Assembly: GCA_031364845.1 (NCBI GenBank)
Contig: JANLWX010000231.1
Location: forward strand, 1-64,000
Length of the DNA stretch: 64,000 nt
Reading direction: 5' to 3'
Origin: Candidatus Eiseniibacteriota bacterium
GTDB lineage: Bacteria; Eisenbacteria; RBG-16-71-46
How positions within the stretch are numbered: the stretch's first letter is position 1; each line of letters begins with the position of its first letter. This document shows, one piece after another, positions 10,572 to 19,787 of the stretch. A model generated the notes under the pieces. That model had not been told where the DNA came from and ran no database searches. It saw only the letters and a list, made by a program, of their open reading frames with translations. The position numbers were made by a program, and so were the translations under genes.

Positions 10572-11693
10572 TTATCGGTCCACGAACTCGCGAACCGTTG
10601 CGGCAACGTAGCGGATGCGTTCCTCGCCGACTTCAGGGTAGATCGGCAGGGCGAGCGTCTCGTTGGCCGCGGCCTCGGAGTGCGGAAGGTCGCCGGCCTT
10701 GTAGCCGAGCGACGAGAAGCACTGCTGCAGATGGAGCGGAACCGGATAGTAGACCTCGGTGCCGATGCCGCGCTCGGTCAGGAACGCCTTGAGACCGTCG
10801 CGGTCCGGAACCCGGATCACGTACTGGTTGTAAATGTGGCGCCCGCGCGGGTCGCGATACGGACGGCCGGTGCGCGATCCTTCGAACAGCGAATCGTAGA
10901 GTTCGGCGTTCTTCGCGCGCATCTCGCTCCAGCGATCGAGGTGCCGCAGCTTGACGCGCAGGATTGCCGCCTGCAGCGCATCGAGGCGCGAGTTGGTGCC
11001 GACGATCGAGTGGTAGTACTTGGGGCGGGCGCCATGTTCGCGCAACAGGCGCGCGCGATCGGCGTAGTCCGGATTGCGCGCCACCATCATGCCCCCGTCG
11101 CCCGCCGCACCCAGGTTCTTGGACGGGAAGAACGAGAAGCATCCGAAGTCGCCGAACGACCCCGCGCGCTTGCCGTCCCACTCCGATCCGATCGACTGCG
11201 CGGCGTCTTCGATCAGCCACAGCTGGTGCTTGTCGCACACCGCCTTGACCGCCGTGATGTCGCAGCACTGCCCGTAGAGATGGACCGCGACGACCGCCTT
11301 GGTGCGCGGCGTGATCGCCGCTTCGAGCACGTGCGGATCCATGTTGTAGGTGCGCGGATCGATGTCGACCATCACCGGCGTGGCACCGACGTTCACGATC
11401 GTCCCGGCGCTCGCGAAAAACGAGTAGGCGGTCGTGATCACTTCGTCGCCCGCGCCGATGCCGAGCGCGCGCAGTGCCAGTAGCAGCGCGTCGGTGCCAG
11501 AGGCGCACGCGATGCCGTGCGGGCACTGCGAGTAGCGCGCGATCTCTTCCTCGAGTGCGGTGATCTCGGGTCCGCCGATGAAGCGGCAGCTCTCCATCAC
11601 GCCCTGGACGGCGGCGTCGATGTCGGTCTTGATCGTGGCGTACTGGGCTTTGAGATCCAGCAACGGCACCGTCATCATGGTCTTCGTGGGCAT
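10572..11693 (-). CDS. DegT/DnrJ/EryC1/StrS PLP aminotransferase (WbpE-like)
   Basis: ASGTDAL, VHLYGQ, IEDAAQS, FSFFPSKNLG and NSRLDALQAA motifs. RBS GGAGAGG. Confidence 0.93.
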   Translation of the reverse strand: MPTKTMMTVPLLDLKAQYATIKTDIDAAVQGVMESCRFIGGPEITALEEEIARYSQCPHGIACASGTDALLLALRALGIGAGDEVITTAYSFFASAGTIVNVGATPVMVDIDPRTYNMDPHVLEAAITPRTKAVVAVHLYGQCCDITAVKAVCDKHQLWLIEDAAQSIGSEWDGKRAGSFGDFGCFSFFPSKNLGAAGDGGMMVARNPDYADRARLLREHGARPKYYHSIVGTNSRLDALQAAILRVKLRHLDRWSEMRAKNAELYDSLFEGSRTGRPYRDPRGRHIYNQYVIRVPDRDGLKAFLTERGIGTEVYYPVPLHLQQCFSSLGYKAGDLPHSEAAANETLALPIYPEVGEERIRYVAATVREFVDR

Positions 11694-11709
11694 CGCCTCT
11701 CCCCTTTGC

Positions 11710-12477
11710 CTAGCTGTCCGTCCAGCCCTGATTCTCGAGCCACTGTTCCACCGGCACATCGCGCAACTTCTTCGCCGGCGAACCCATCACGATCGTGCGC
11801 GCCGGCACGTCACGCGTCACCACCGAGCCCGCGGCGACCTGACCATCTTCGTGGATGGTCACGCCCGGCAGGATCACCGAACCCGCGCCGATGCGTCCAC
11901 CTTTGCGGACCGTCACACCCTTGAAGTGCTTGAAGCGCTCGGCCGTGCGGCCGACGTAGTTGTCGTTCGAAGTCACCACACCCGGTGCCACGAACACGCG
12001 GTCCTCGAGCGTCGAATAGGCCGTGATGTAGCACTCGCTCTCGAGCTTGCAGTAGCGCCCGACGGTGCAGAAGTTCTCCACCGTGACCCCGCGCCCGACG
12101 ATCGTGCCGCGCCCGATCGTGACGTTCTCGCGGATCGTGCAGAGGTCGGCCATCAGCACCTTGCCGTCGATCGCGGCCCCGCGATAGAGCACCACACCGG
12201 TGCCGACGATCGAGGTGTCGCCGACCGTGAGCGGCGGCAGCACCTGCTCCTTCGTGGTCGCGGAATTCGCCGCGCGCATCGGCAGCTTGCCGAGCGTGGC
12301 GTGGTCGTCGACCCGCACGTCGTTGCCGATCTGAGTGTCGGCGTGGATCACGACGTGATTGCCGATCACACAACCCGTGCCGATCGTGACGTTCTCACCG
12401 ATCACGCAATGCTCGCCGAGCGTGGTTCCCGCTCCGAGGCGTGCCGTATCGTGCACCGATCCCGCCGTCGTGCTCAT
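11710..12477 (-). CDS. Hexapeptide-repeat N-acetyltransferase (WbpD-like)
   Basis: Repeated [IV]G-x-x-x-x hexapeptides, PGVVTSND, GAGSVILPGV and AAGSVVTRDVP. ATG 12477 coupled to the upstream stop. Confidence 0.88.
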   Translation of the reverse strand: MSTTAGSVHDTARLGAGTTLGEHCVIGENVTIGTGCVIGNHVVIHADTQIGNDVRVDDHATLGKLPMRAANSATTKEQVLPPLTVGDTSIVGTGVVLYRGAAIDGKVLMADLCTIRENVTIGRGTIVGRGVTVENFCTVGRYCKLESECYITAYSTLEDRVFVAPGVVTSNDNYVGRTAERFKHFKGVTVRKGGRIGAGSVILPGVTIHEDGQVAAGSVVTRDVPARTIVMGSPAKKLRDVPVEQWLENQGWTDS

Positions 12478-13511
12478 CACACCCCCGCTTTCGAAGGTGA
12501 AAGCGCCACCGGGGCGCCGCCCTGCTCGAGCGAAGCCTGTGCCGCCGCCAGCACCTTCACCACGCGCAGGCCATCGAGGCCGTCGGTGAGCGGCTGCTTG
12601 CGATCGCGCACGCAATCGACGAAGTGCTGGCACTCGAGACGCAGCGGCTCTTGAAGGGAGATCTTGGGGATCAGGATGTCGCCGCTGCGCACGGTGAGCG
12701 AGTCGCCATACGACAGCACCTCTCCCGCGCGATCGACGCCCTTGTCGTAGATGCGGATCTTCTCGCTCGCTTCCATGTCGTCGAACACCACCATCTTCTG
12801 GCTGCCGACGACCGTGAAGCGGCGCAGCTTGTGCGGGTCGAGCCACGACACGTGAACGTGCGCCATCTTGCCGCCCGGGAACTTGAGGTCGGCGAACACC
12901 ACGTCCTCGATGCCGCTCTGGATGAATGCCGAACCGCGCGCGGCGACGTCGATCGGTTCCATGCCGAGCAGGTGGAGGATCACCGAGATGTCGTGCGGCG
13001 CGAAGCTCCACAGCGCGTTCTCGTCCTTGCGCACCTTCCCCAGGTTCACGCGCTGGGAATAGATGTAGAGCAGATCGCCGAGCTCGCCCTTCTCCACCAT
13101 GCTGCGCAGGTAGCGCACGCCGGGATGGAACAGCAGCAGATGGCCGACCATGAGGATCCGTTTGTGCCGGCGGGCCAGCTCGACCAGCTCCTCGGCGTGT
13201 TCCACCGTGAGCGTCAGCGGCTTCTCGACGTAGACGTCCTTGCCCGCTTCGAGCAGACGCTTGGCGATCGGATGATGCTGGGGGGCGGAAGCCGACACGA
13301 CGACCGCCTGAATGTCCGGATGCGTGGCGATCTCATCGAGCGCCGGGCATGCGAGCACGCCGGGGTATTTCGCGGCGGTCGACTCGAGGCGCTTGGCGTC
13401 GCTGTCGCACAGCGCCACCAGTCGCGCGCCGGGCAACGACGCGAAGTTGCGCACCAGATTCGCTCCCCAGTCGCCGGTTCCGACGACCGCGATGCCGACC
13501 TTTTCCGACAC
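12477..13511 (-). CDS. Gfo/Idh/MocA oxidoreductase (WbpB-like)
   Basis: GTGDWG Rossmann motif, VEKPL, MVGH and APHDIS. Confidence 0.92.
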   Translation of the reverse strand: MSEKVGIAVVGTGDWGANLVRNFASLPGARLVALCDSDAKRLESTAAKYPGVLACPALDEIATHPDIQAVVVSASAPQHHPIAKRLLEAGKDVYVEKPLTLTVEHAEELVELARRHKRILMVGHLLLFHPGVRYLRSMVEKGELGDLLYIYSQRVNLGKVRKDENALWSFAPHDISVILHLLGMEPIDVAARGSAFIQSGIEDVVFADLKFPGGKMAHVHVSWLDPHKLRRFTVVGSQKMVVFDDMEASEKIRIYDKGVDRAGEVLSYGDSLTVRSGDILIPKISLQEPLRLECQHFVDCVRDRKQPLTDGLDGLRVVKVLAAAQASLEQGGAPVALSPSKAGV

Positions 13512-13576
13512 GAAACCCTCCCGAGAACCCGATAATTCGACGCCCCGGATGCACGTACCGCATCCGGGGACGCGGT

Positions 13577-13606
13577 AGTCTATCAGCGGCTCGAAGCGAC
13601 GGTCAA
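13577..13606 (-). promoter_or_regulatory. Putative sigma-70 promoter of the sugar-biosynthesis operon
   Basis: Minus strand TTGACC-N18-TAGACT, followed by a 10-bp hairpin (CCCCGGATGC/GCATCCGGGG) in the leader. Confidence 0.55.
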
Positions 13607-13620
13607 AGTCTGCACCGGCT

Positions 13621-14628
13621 TCATGCGGCGCGTGCCTGGACGATCTCTACGCGGTTGCGGCCATTGCGTTTGGCCTGGTAGAGCGCAAGGTCGGAGGCGC
13701 GGATCAAACCCATCGCGTCGCCAGCGTCGTCCGGGAACACGGCGATCCCGAGGCTGATCGTGATGCTGCCGGTCGCCGCGAGCGGGAACGTGTGCGCGGC
13801 GACCGTCGCGCGCATGCGCTCGGCGACCACGCTCGCGCCTTCGATGCCCGTCTGAGGAAGGATGATCGTGAACTCGTCGCCGCCATACTTGGCGACCAGA
13901 TCCCACGACCTCACCTGTTGCGCGAACAGCCCGGCGATCTCGCGCAGCAGCAGGCTGCCGCGCATGTGGCCGTTGCGATCGTTGTACGCCTTGAGGTTGT
14001 CGACGTCCATCATCACGATCGAAAGCTGCTGCGAGAAGCGGCCGGCGCGTTTGATCTCGCGCCGCAATGCCGTCTTGAGGAATCGGTAGTTGTAGACCTG
14101 CGTGAGATCGTCGGTGACCGCGAGACGTTCGACGCTTTCGCTCAGCCGCAGGTTGTCGAGTGCCAGCGTGAGCCACGCGCCGAGGAACGTCGCGAGCCGC
14201 ACGTGCTCGACGCCGAAACGCGCGGCACCCTGACGCCGGTAGACCGCAAGATATCCGTGCGTGCGCTGTCGCTGACGCAGCGGCACGAACAACGCGGGCC
14301 CTGCTTCCACGCCGGGGCAGCCATCTTCGCCGCTCGCGCGTCCGTCCTGCTGAACGTCGACGATCTGGATCGGATGCAGCGCCTTCAACACCATGCGTCC
14401 GAATTCACTGCCCGGACGCGAGACACCTTCGGTGACCGGCGTGGTCTCGTCGCGGCGCAGTGACCAGCGCTCGAGCGCGCGGTTGTGCGTGACCAGCAAC
14501 GTGGCGCCATCGGCGTCCGCCAGTTGCATCGCGCTCACCAGTGCCTTCTTCAGCACCTCGGCGCGCGAGGCCGAGACATGGTCGAACAGGTCGATCAGAC
14601 CGTCGAGAGACTTCTCGCGAGCGAACAT
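13621..14628 (-). CDS. GAF-GGDEF diguanylate cyclase
   Basis: TDDLT, DVDNLKAYND..GH..G, intact KYGGDEF and RxxD I-site (RSWD); N-terminal GAF-like domain. ATG 14628. Confidence 0.92.
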   Translation of the reverse strand: MFAREKSLDGLIDLFDHVSASRAEVLKKALVSAMQLADADGATLLVTHNRALERWSLRRDETTPVTEGVSRPGSEFGRMVLKALHPIQIVDVQQDGRASGEDGCPGVEAGPALFVPLRQRQRTHGYLAVYRRQGAARFGVEHVRLATFLGAWLTLALDNLRLSESVERLAVTDDLTQVYNYRFLKTALRREIKRAGRFSQQLSIVMMDVDNLKAYNDRNGHMRGSLLLREIAGLFAQQVRSWDLVAKYGGDEFTIILPQTGIEGASVVAERMRATVAAHTFPLAATGSITISLGIAVFPDDAGDAMGLIRASDLALYQAKRNGRNRVEIVQARAA

Positions 14629-14696
14629 GGGTCGGGTTTCCGGGGTGGCGGCCAGGCGCGGAAGTGCGCGGTTGTGCCGTGCGGCGCGAAATAACA

Positions 14697-14712
14697 CGCA
14701 ACCCCTATGCCA
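14697..14712 (-). promoter_or_regulatory. Putative sigma-54 -24/-12 promoter upstream of the diguanylate cyclase
   Basis: Minus strand TGGCATAGGGGTTGCG fits TGGCA-N6-TTGC with correct GG-N10-GC spacing. Confidence 0.6.
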
Positions 14713-14726
14713 TGTGGGGGAATTGG

Positions 14727-15761
14727 CTAAATGCTCGATGGCGACCGGAGCGAACGGAGCAGGAACACCACGGCCCGCACCGCGAAAAAGACCCCGCCCC
14801 CGATCACCAGCAGGAACAGGACCGACCGCTGGGGACCGCCCAAAGGGATGTCGATACTGGGGTTGAGCATCACGAACAGCGCCTGGACCAGGGCGGCTGC
14901 AATCGCGCCCGACAGGGCGGCCTGGACCGCGTCCCACACCCGGTGCCTGCCCGCCTGCGAGGCACGAGCGGTGGGCATTTCGCCCCGCGCGGAAACTCCC
15001 AGTCGTGCGTCGTGCATGGTCGATTCGGAGCCGACCGTTTTCTCGCCGATCGCCTCCGGCGACCGCGCAACCCACAGCCGTGTCGCGCCGAGCAGGAACG
15101 CCCGTGTTCCGCGCCACGTGAACCCGTGATGCTCGGCCGCCTGCGTGAACAACTCGCCCGGGCCGAACTCGAGCACCGAGGCGCCGAGATATTCGTAGGC
15201 GCTTGGATCGGGCGAGAGATGACCGAGCAGCGGAACGACGCGGCGCAGATAGAATCGATGGAACGGCGCGAACCATCCGGTGCGCGGAGCGGTCGCTTCG
15301 AGCACCACAAGTGTTCCGCCCCGGCGCATCACCCGCGCGAGTTCCCCCAGCGCTTCGCGCTGCGGACGCAGGTTGCGCACGCCGAAGGCGATCGTGACCG
15401 CATCCACCGAATGATCGCGCAGCGGAATCCGAAACGCGTCCGCGCACACGAGCCGCGGCGCCCATCCCCCTCGATGCTGCTGCGACTCCGCGTGCTCGAG
15501 CATGCCGAAGGAGGTGTCGAGCCCGATCACGAGCCGGCCCGGTTGCCGCAGGCCGCCGAGCGACGATCCGTCGCCGGTGCAGAGGTCGAGCACGACGCGC
15601 GCGTCCGCGGGAACCGCCGCCCACATCGCGCGGCGCCATGCGCCATCCTGTCCGAGGCTCATGAGTTGATTGAGCAGCTGATAGCGCGGCGACACATCGT
15701 CGAACATCTGCGCCATCGCCTCGGTGGCGTTGGGATCGAAGCGTCCGGGTGCTTTCGCCAC
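14727..15761 (-). CDS. UbiE/MenG family quinone methyltransferase with C-terminal membrane extension
   Basis: MFDDVSPRYQLLNQLMSLGQDGAWRR, VLDLCTGDG, IAFGVRN and AYEYLGASVLEF; two hydrophobic helices at the C-terminus. Confidence 0.85.
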   Translation of the reverse strand: MAKAPGRFDPNATEAMAQMFDDVSPRYQLLNQLMSLGQDGAWRRAMWAAVPADARVVLDLCTGDGSSLGGLRQPGRLVIGLDTSFGMLEHAESQQHRGGWAPRLVCADAFRIPLRDHSVDAVTIAFGVRNLRPQREALGELARVMRRGGTLVVLEATAPRTGWFAPFHRFYLRRVVPLLGHLSPDPSAYEYLGASVLEFGPGELFTQAAEHHGFTWRGTRAFLLGATRLWVARSPEAIGEKTVGSESTMHDARLGVSARGEMPTARASQAGRHRVWDAVQAALSGAIAAALVQALFVMLNPSIDIPLGGPQRSVLFLLVIGGGVFFAVRAVVFLLRSLRSPSSI

Positions 15762-15764
15762 GAA

Positions 15765-16733
15765 TCAGCGGTCCTTGGCTCCGAGAATGCCCTTCAGGTC
15801 CATGATCGTGTTCTGGTCGGAAACGATCACCGAGATGTTGTCGGACAGCTTGTCCACGTAGAGATATTTGATGTAGTTGGGATTCTGCGCCAGCGCCTTG
15901 TTGATGACCTCGATCGCATTGGCGCGGCCCTGTGCCTCGATCACCTTGCGCTCGGCCTCCTTCTGTTCCTTCTCGAGCGTGTACTTCATCTGCTCCGCCG
16001 ACTGCTGGGCGATCTGCTTGGCCTCGATCGCTTTGGCGAATTCGGGCGTGAAGCGGACGTCGCGCAGCACCACCTCATCGATGACGAAGCCATCCTTTTC
16101 GACCAGCGCCTTGGTCTTCGCGTTGATCTCGTTCTGAATCTGCGCGCGGCGCGAGGAGTAGACGTCCATCACCGCGTACTCCGAGATGACGAGCCGGATC
16201 ACCGAGCGCACGGCAGGACGAACAATCTTCTCTTCGTAGTCCGGGCCGATCTTCTGATGAATGGAGATGACACGTGCCGGGTCCAGGTGATGCCAGACCG
16301 TGATATCGATGCCGACCTGCAGCCCCTCGCGGGTCGGTGACCACAGCGAATCGTCGATTTCCGACTTGCGGCCTTCCCCACTCACGCCCGACATCGTGTA
16401 CTCCATGCGCCTCAGGTCGTAGTCGGCCGTTGCCGTGATGAATGGAGCCACGAACGCAAAGCCCTGGGTGGCGAGTTGGAACGACTTCGTGATCGTGTTG
16501 AAGATCACGAGCGCATGGCCGACCGGAACCACGCGAAACGAAGTCGCGAGCAGGATCAGGAACACGACCGGGATCGCGGCGAAGGCCAGGATGCGGCGCC
16601 CGTCAGTAGCCCAGTCCGGGATAACCCGTCGGCCATCGGCGTCGTGAACCCGCATTCGCATGCGACGACCCAGCACGCGCTGCAGAACGATCCCGCCCAC
16701 GACGAGAATGATGACGAACAGAATCCCGCCCAT
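15765..16733 (-). CDS. SPFH/prohibitin (band 7) membrane protein
   Basis: Two N-terminal TM segments, VRPAVRSVIR, VVLRDVRF.PEFAKAIEAKQIAQQ coiled coil. RBS GGAGG. Confidence 0.9.
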   Translation of the reverse strand: MGGILFVIILVVGGIVLQRVLGRRMRMRVHDADGRRVIPDWATDGRRILAFAAIPVVFLILLATSFRVVPVGHALVIFNTITKSFQLATQGFAFVAPFITATADYDLRRMEYTMSGVSGEGRKSEIDDSLWSPTREGLQVGIDITVWHHLDPARVISIHQKIGPDYEEKIVRPAVRSVIRLVISEYAVMDVYSSRRAQIQNEINAKTKALVEKDGFVIDEVVLRDVRFTPEFAKAIEAKQIAQQSAEQMKYTLEKEQKEAERKVIEAQGRANAIEVINKALAQNPNYIKYLYVDKLSDNISVIVSDQNTIMDLKGILGAKDR

Positions 16734-16888
16734 CTTGAGGCCTCCTTGAATCCAGCGACTGCAACCCGGCGGCGCACGCAATCCGTCCGCCGATCACGGG
16801 ACAGTAGAGGGAGCCCGGGCGCGAAGCCAGCGTGCGGCGGCGGGCAACCTCACCGGTGGCAGCGACGCGGCCTACGAATGCCGCTCCC

Positions 16889-17362
16889 TTACGCCAGCAG
16901 CACGGTCGCGATCGTGTTGCGCAGCGCGTGGACCAGGAAGATCAGGAGGAACGGTCTCTGGCCAGGCTCGTATCGGACAGCGTACCCATAGACCAGGACG
17001 AGTCCGATGAAGAACGAGTAAGCGACGTAGCCGAGGCTGTACGTGTGCGCGCTCGCGAAGAGCGCGGCTGCGAGGACTAGGATGACTCCCCACGGCAGGT
17101 GGAGCTTCCCGCGGAGCAGCCAAACCGGCACCCATTGAAAGACCCAGGTTTCGAGGAGCGGGCCGAGAATCGAGGCGATGACGATCTTGGTGGTGAGCCC
17201 CGACGACTTGAGGGCTGATGCGCCCGGGCCGAGTTCGAGTTGAGGTACGATCAGGCTCAACAACGCCTGCGGCAGCACGACGACGTACGTCCCGCCGAGG
17301 ACGATGAGCACGAAGAGTGCCGGGTGGATCTCTCGCAGCCACTTTGAAACCGGGTTGTTCAT
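16889..17362 (-). CDS. CPBP/Abi (Rce1-like) intramembrane glutamic endopeptidase
   Basis: Multi-TM; GPLLETWVFQ (variant of EExxFR), LFASAH and VHALRN motifs. Confidence 0.75.
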   Translation of the reverse strand: MNNPVSKWLREIHPALFVLIVLGGTYVVVLPQALLSLIVPQLELGPGASALKSSGLTTKIVIASILGPLLETWVFQWVPVWLLRGKLHLPWGVILVLAAALFASAHTYSLGYVAYSFFIGLVLVYGYAVRYEPGQRPFLLIFLVHALRNTIATVLLA

Positions 17363-17384
17363 CAAGAGCGGCCTCTGGGCGGTG

Positions 17385-17663
17385 CTACGCTCCCACGATG
17401 CTGTTGTGCTGCGGCTGCACGTCGGGAGCGCCCACATCGATCCCGAGGCCGGAGAGAATCGGCATAAGGACCGCGCCGAATGCCTCGAACTCCGCCTGAC
17501 TCGCCCAGACATCGATGACGCGCAGCGCGGACGGCGGGCCGAAGCACGTGTGGAACTGTCGGCCCTTGGGTGCGCCGGAACCGGCCGCTTCCAGCTGGCG
17601 GATGACTTCGTCGTACTTCGCGGTGGTCATGTTGACGGATGTGAACGTGATGGTGAGTGCCAC
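17385..17663 (-). CDS. Small conserved hypothetical protein, probable dimeric alpha+beta barrel
   Basis: RBS AGGAGG before GTG; YDEV...P.G..FH.C...LRVIDVW.S..EFEAF pattern of ABM-like ferredoxin folds. Confidence 0.7.
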   Translation of the reverse strand: MALTITFTSVNMTTAKYDEVIRQLEAAGSGAPKGRQFHTCFGPPSALRVIDVWASQAEFEAFGAVLMPILSGLGIDVGAPDVQPQHNSIVGA

Positions 17664-17885
17664 GGCGGCCTCCTGTGCCTGGATGATGGGTTCGGTGGAG
17701 CGATGTGCATATTACGACGGTCGGACGGGATTGGATTTGGAGATCTAATGACGGTGAGCTGCCAAGATAACGAGTGTTCGGTGGAGACGGCATCAGAAGT
17801 TCGATCCTCAGAGCATGACACACCGCCAATCGCGCGAACGAAATAGGACTTGCTACCTCCAAGCGCACGCTGAGATCCTTGCCTC

Positions 17886-19760
17886 ATGGTTGCCCTCCTG
17901 CCGCAACGCCCTCACGGGCTCGTTTTCCTGCTGATAGGTTCATTGATGGGACCCGCGTGCTCATCCGCGGGAACGTGGATCATTCCGGATCAGTTCCCGA
18001 CCATACAGGCCGCTCTCGACTCATTGGTGCCATGGCCGCCTGACACGCTGATGATTCGCCCGGGCCACTACCCTGAACGCTTGGTCGTGCCTGGAGGATT
18101 CGCGCTGAAGAATATCCTGACGAGTGGCGATCCGGACTCCATGGTGAAGGTCGACGCTCTCACTCTCGAACCCGGTGACAGTGGCAATCACATCTGGATC
18201 AGCGGCTTCCAAAGCTTGGGCCCCGTGGTTGCGTATTCCGGCGGCGGCCCATCGGTGATCACCTTCGTTTCGTGTCAGATCGACTCCGGCTGGCTGGACC
18301 CGTCTGGCAACAACGAGAGCGAAACCGACCGGATGACTTTACATCGATGCAGACTATTCGGGCCTGTCCGGATCCATGCGTGGGAAACCACTGTCGATTC
18401 GAGCGAAGTTCATGGTCCTCTGTACATGCGCGGTCAATGGCGGGCTCGAGCTCGCGGCAATCGTTTCGAGAATGTCGACGGTGCTGCTCTTACGGTGGAT
18501 GCCGAATTGAACGCGGACATCACCGGGAACGTCGTACAAGGTGGGACGTACGGGTTCAACATTGAGGCAACGGACGGCCTACTGTTGTTTGGCGACAATC
18601 TCATTGAGGGCTGCTCGGGATTCGGCGCCGATCTCCATGGACACCAGGACATCACGGTCTCGGGCAATCGGATCGTCGGATGCGGGGGTGACGGCATCCG
18701 CGCCATCGCGAGGCTGCAGGTTCGCAACAACACGATCCTCGAGTGCGCCGGCGCTGGAATGATCCTCAGGCAGAGCGAATGGCAGGGCGTTGCCGAGTTC
18801 AACACGATCGGACGGTGCGGCGACGTTGGAATTCGCATCGTGAGGGAAAACCGTGATGAGCTCGACCCGTGGATCGTAAGGAACAACACCATATTCTCCT
18901 GCGAGGGCAACGGGTTCGAAATCGATGAGAGCGCAAACGTCCACAACAATGTCGGCTACGGAAACGGAGGCTTTGGCCTAACGCACTCCGGTGCCTTCGT
19001 ACCGGTGCTCGCCTGCAACGACTGGTACGCGAACACGGCGGGCGCGGTCTCGAGCGCACCTGGCGCCACCGATCTGGACGTCGATCCGCAATTCTGTGAC
19101 CTCGACACGAACGACGTCAGCCTGACCGACAAGTCTCCGCTCGTGTCCGCGTCGGGTTGCGGACTCATCGGCGCTCGCGGGGCGGGATGCGCCGAAACTG
19201 CCGCGCTGATCGGTCGATTTGGCGCCGCGCGCGTCGACGCGGGTGTCGAACTCGTCTGGACGACCGAGTCAACCTTCTTGATCTCCGAGGTGCACGTCGA
19301 ACGCGCCGAGAGTGTCGAGGGCCCATGGCAGCGGGTGGCCTGCGAGCGTCGCCAACGTGAAGGCGCCATCGCGGATCTGGACCGCACTGCGTCAGACGAG
19401 CGGGAACTGGCGTACCGGCTGGTGATGTCGAACACCACACCATCGGTCGTGCTCGCCGGTCCCATCACCGTTGCGGGTGCCGTGACGTCCCGGCTCGCGC
19501 TGCGGATCCTCTCCCCCAATCCAGGCGCCGGCGCCGCGACGTTTGCGTTCGAGTTGCCGCACGCCGCGACCATCTCGCTGGATGTGTTCGACGTGCAGGG
19601 GCGCATCGTTGCGACGCTCGCGCGCGGGTCATGGCCGTCGGGTCTTCACACCGTGCTGTGGAACGGACAGGAATCCGCGCCGCCACGCCCCGGCGTCTAT
19701 TTGGTCCGACTACGTGTCCCCTCTGCCAGTCGCGAAGTGCGAGTGGTCCGGATGCGGTAA
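17886..19760 (+). CDS. Secreted right-handed beta-helix protein with C-terminal Ig + FlgD/T9SS-like domain
   Basis: Signal peptide, FPTIQAALD...PGHYPE cap, repeated (I/V)xxNxIxxCxxxG coils, DPQFCD and PNP...DVFDVQGR.VATL...GVYLVRL tail. Confidence 0.85.
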   Translation: MVALLPQRPHGLVFLLIGSLMGPACSSAGTWIIPDQFPTIQAALDSLVPWPPDTLMIRPGHYPERLVVPGGFALKNILTSGDPDSMVKVDALTLEPGDSGNHIWISGFQSLGPVVAYSGGGPSVITFVSCQIDSGWLDPSGNNESETDRMTLHRCRLFGPVRIHAWETTVDSSEVHGPLYMRGQWRARARGNRFENVDGAALTVDAELNADITGNVVQGGTYGFNIEATDGLLLFGDNLIEGCSGFGADLHGHQDITVSGNRIVGCGGDGIRAIARLQVRNNTILECAGAGMILRQSEWQGVAEFNTIGRCGDVGIRIVRENRDELDPWIVRNNTIFSCEGNGFEIDESANVHNNVGYGNGGFGLTHSGAFVPVLACNDWYANTAGAVSSAPGATDLDVDPQFCDLDTNDVSLTDKSPLVSASGCGLIGARGAGCAETAALIGRFGAARVDAGVELVWTTESTFLISEVHVERAESVEGPWQRVACERRQREGAIADLDRTASDERELAYRLVMSNTTPSVVLAGPITVAGAVTSRLALRILSPNPGAGAATFAFELPHAATISLDVFDVQGRIVATLARGSWPSGLHTVLWNGQESAPPRPGVYLVRLRVPSASREVRVVRMR

Positions 19761-19787
19761 CCGATCAGCACGCCAGTAAGACCACGC

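Noticed and set aside
13543..13569. ops/JUMPstart-like GCGGTACGTG in the leader hairpin of the sugar operon
   Set aside because: It differs from GGCGGTAGnnTG by a deletion and a mismatch, no RfaH/NusG paralogue is in view, and a chance match is likely at this GC.
13621..15639. Apparent 672-aa GGDEF ORF and other long N-terminal extensions (leuS, xseA, ymdB, trpC, acetyltransferase)
   Set aside because: The extensions are Arg/Ala/Pro-rich out-of-frame overlaps with upstream genes; motif boundaries and, in most cases, RBS or stop-start coupling support the shorter starts.
17690..17786. 11-bp direct repeat GTTCGGTGGAG in the divergent intergenic region
   Set aside because: Only two copies about 85 bp apart, with no supporting structure.
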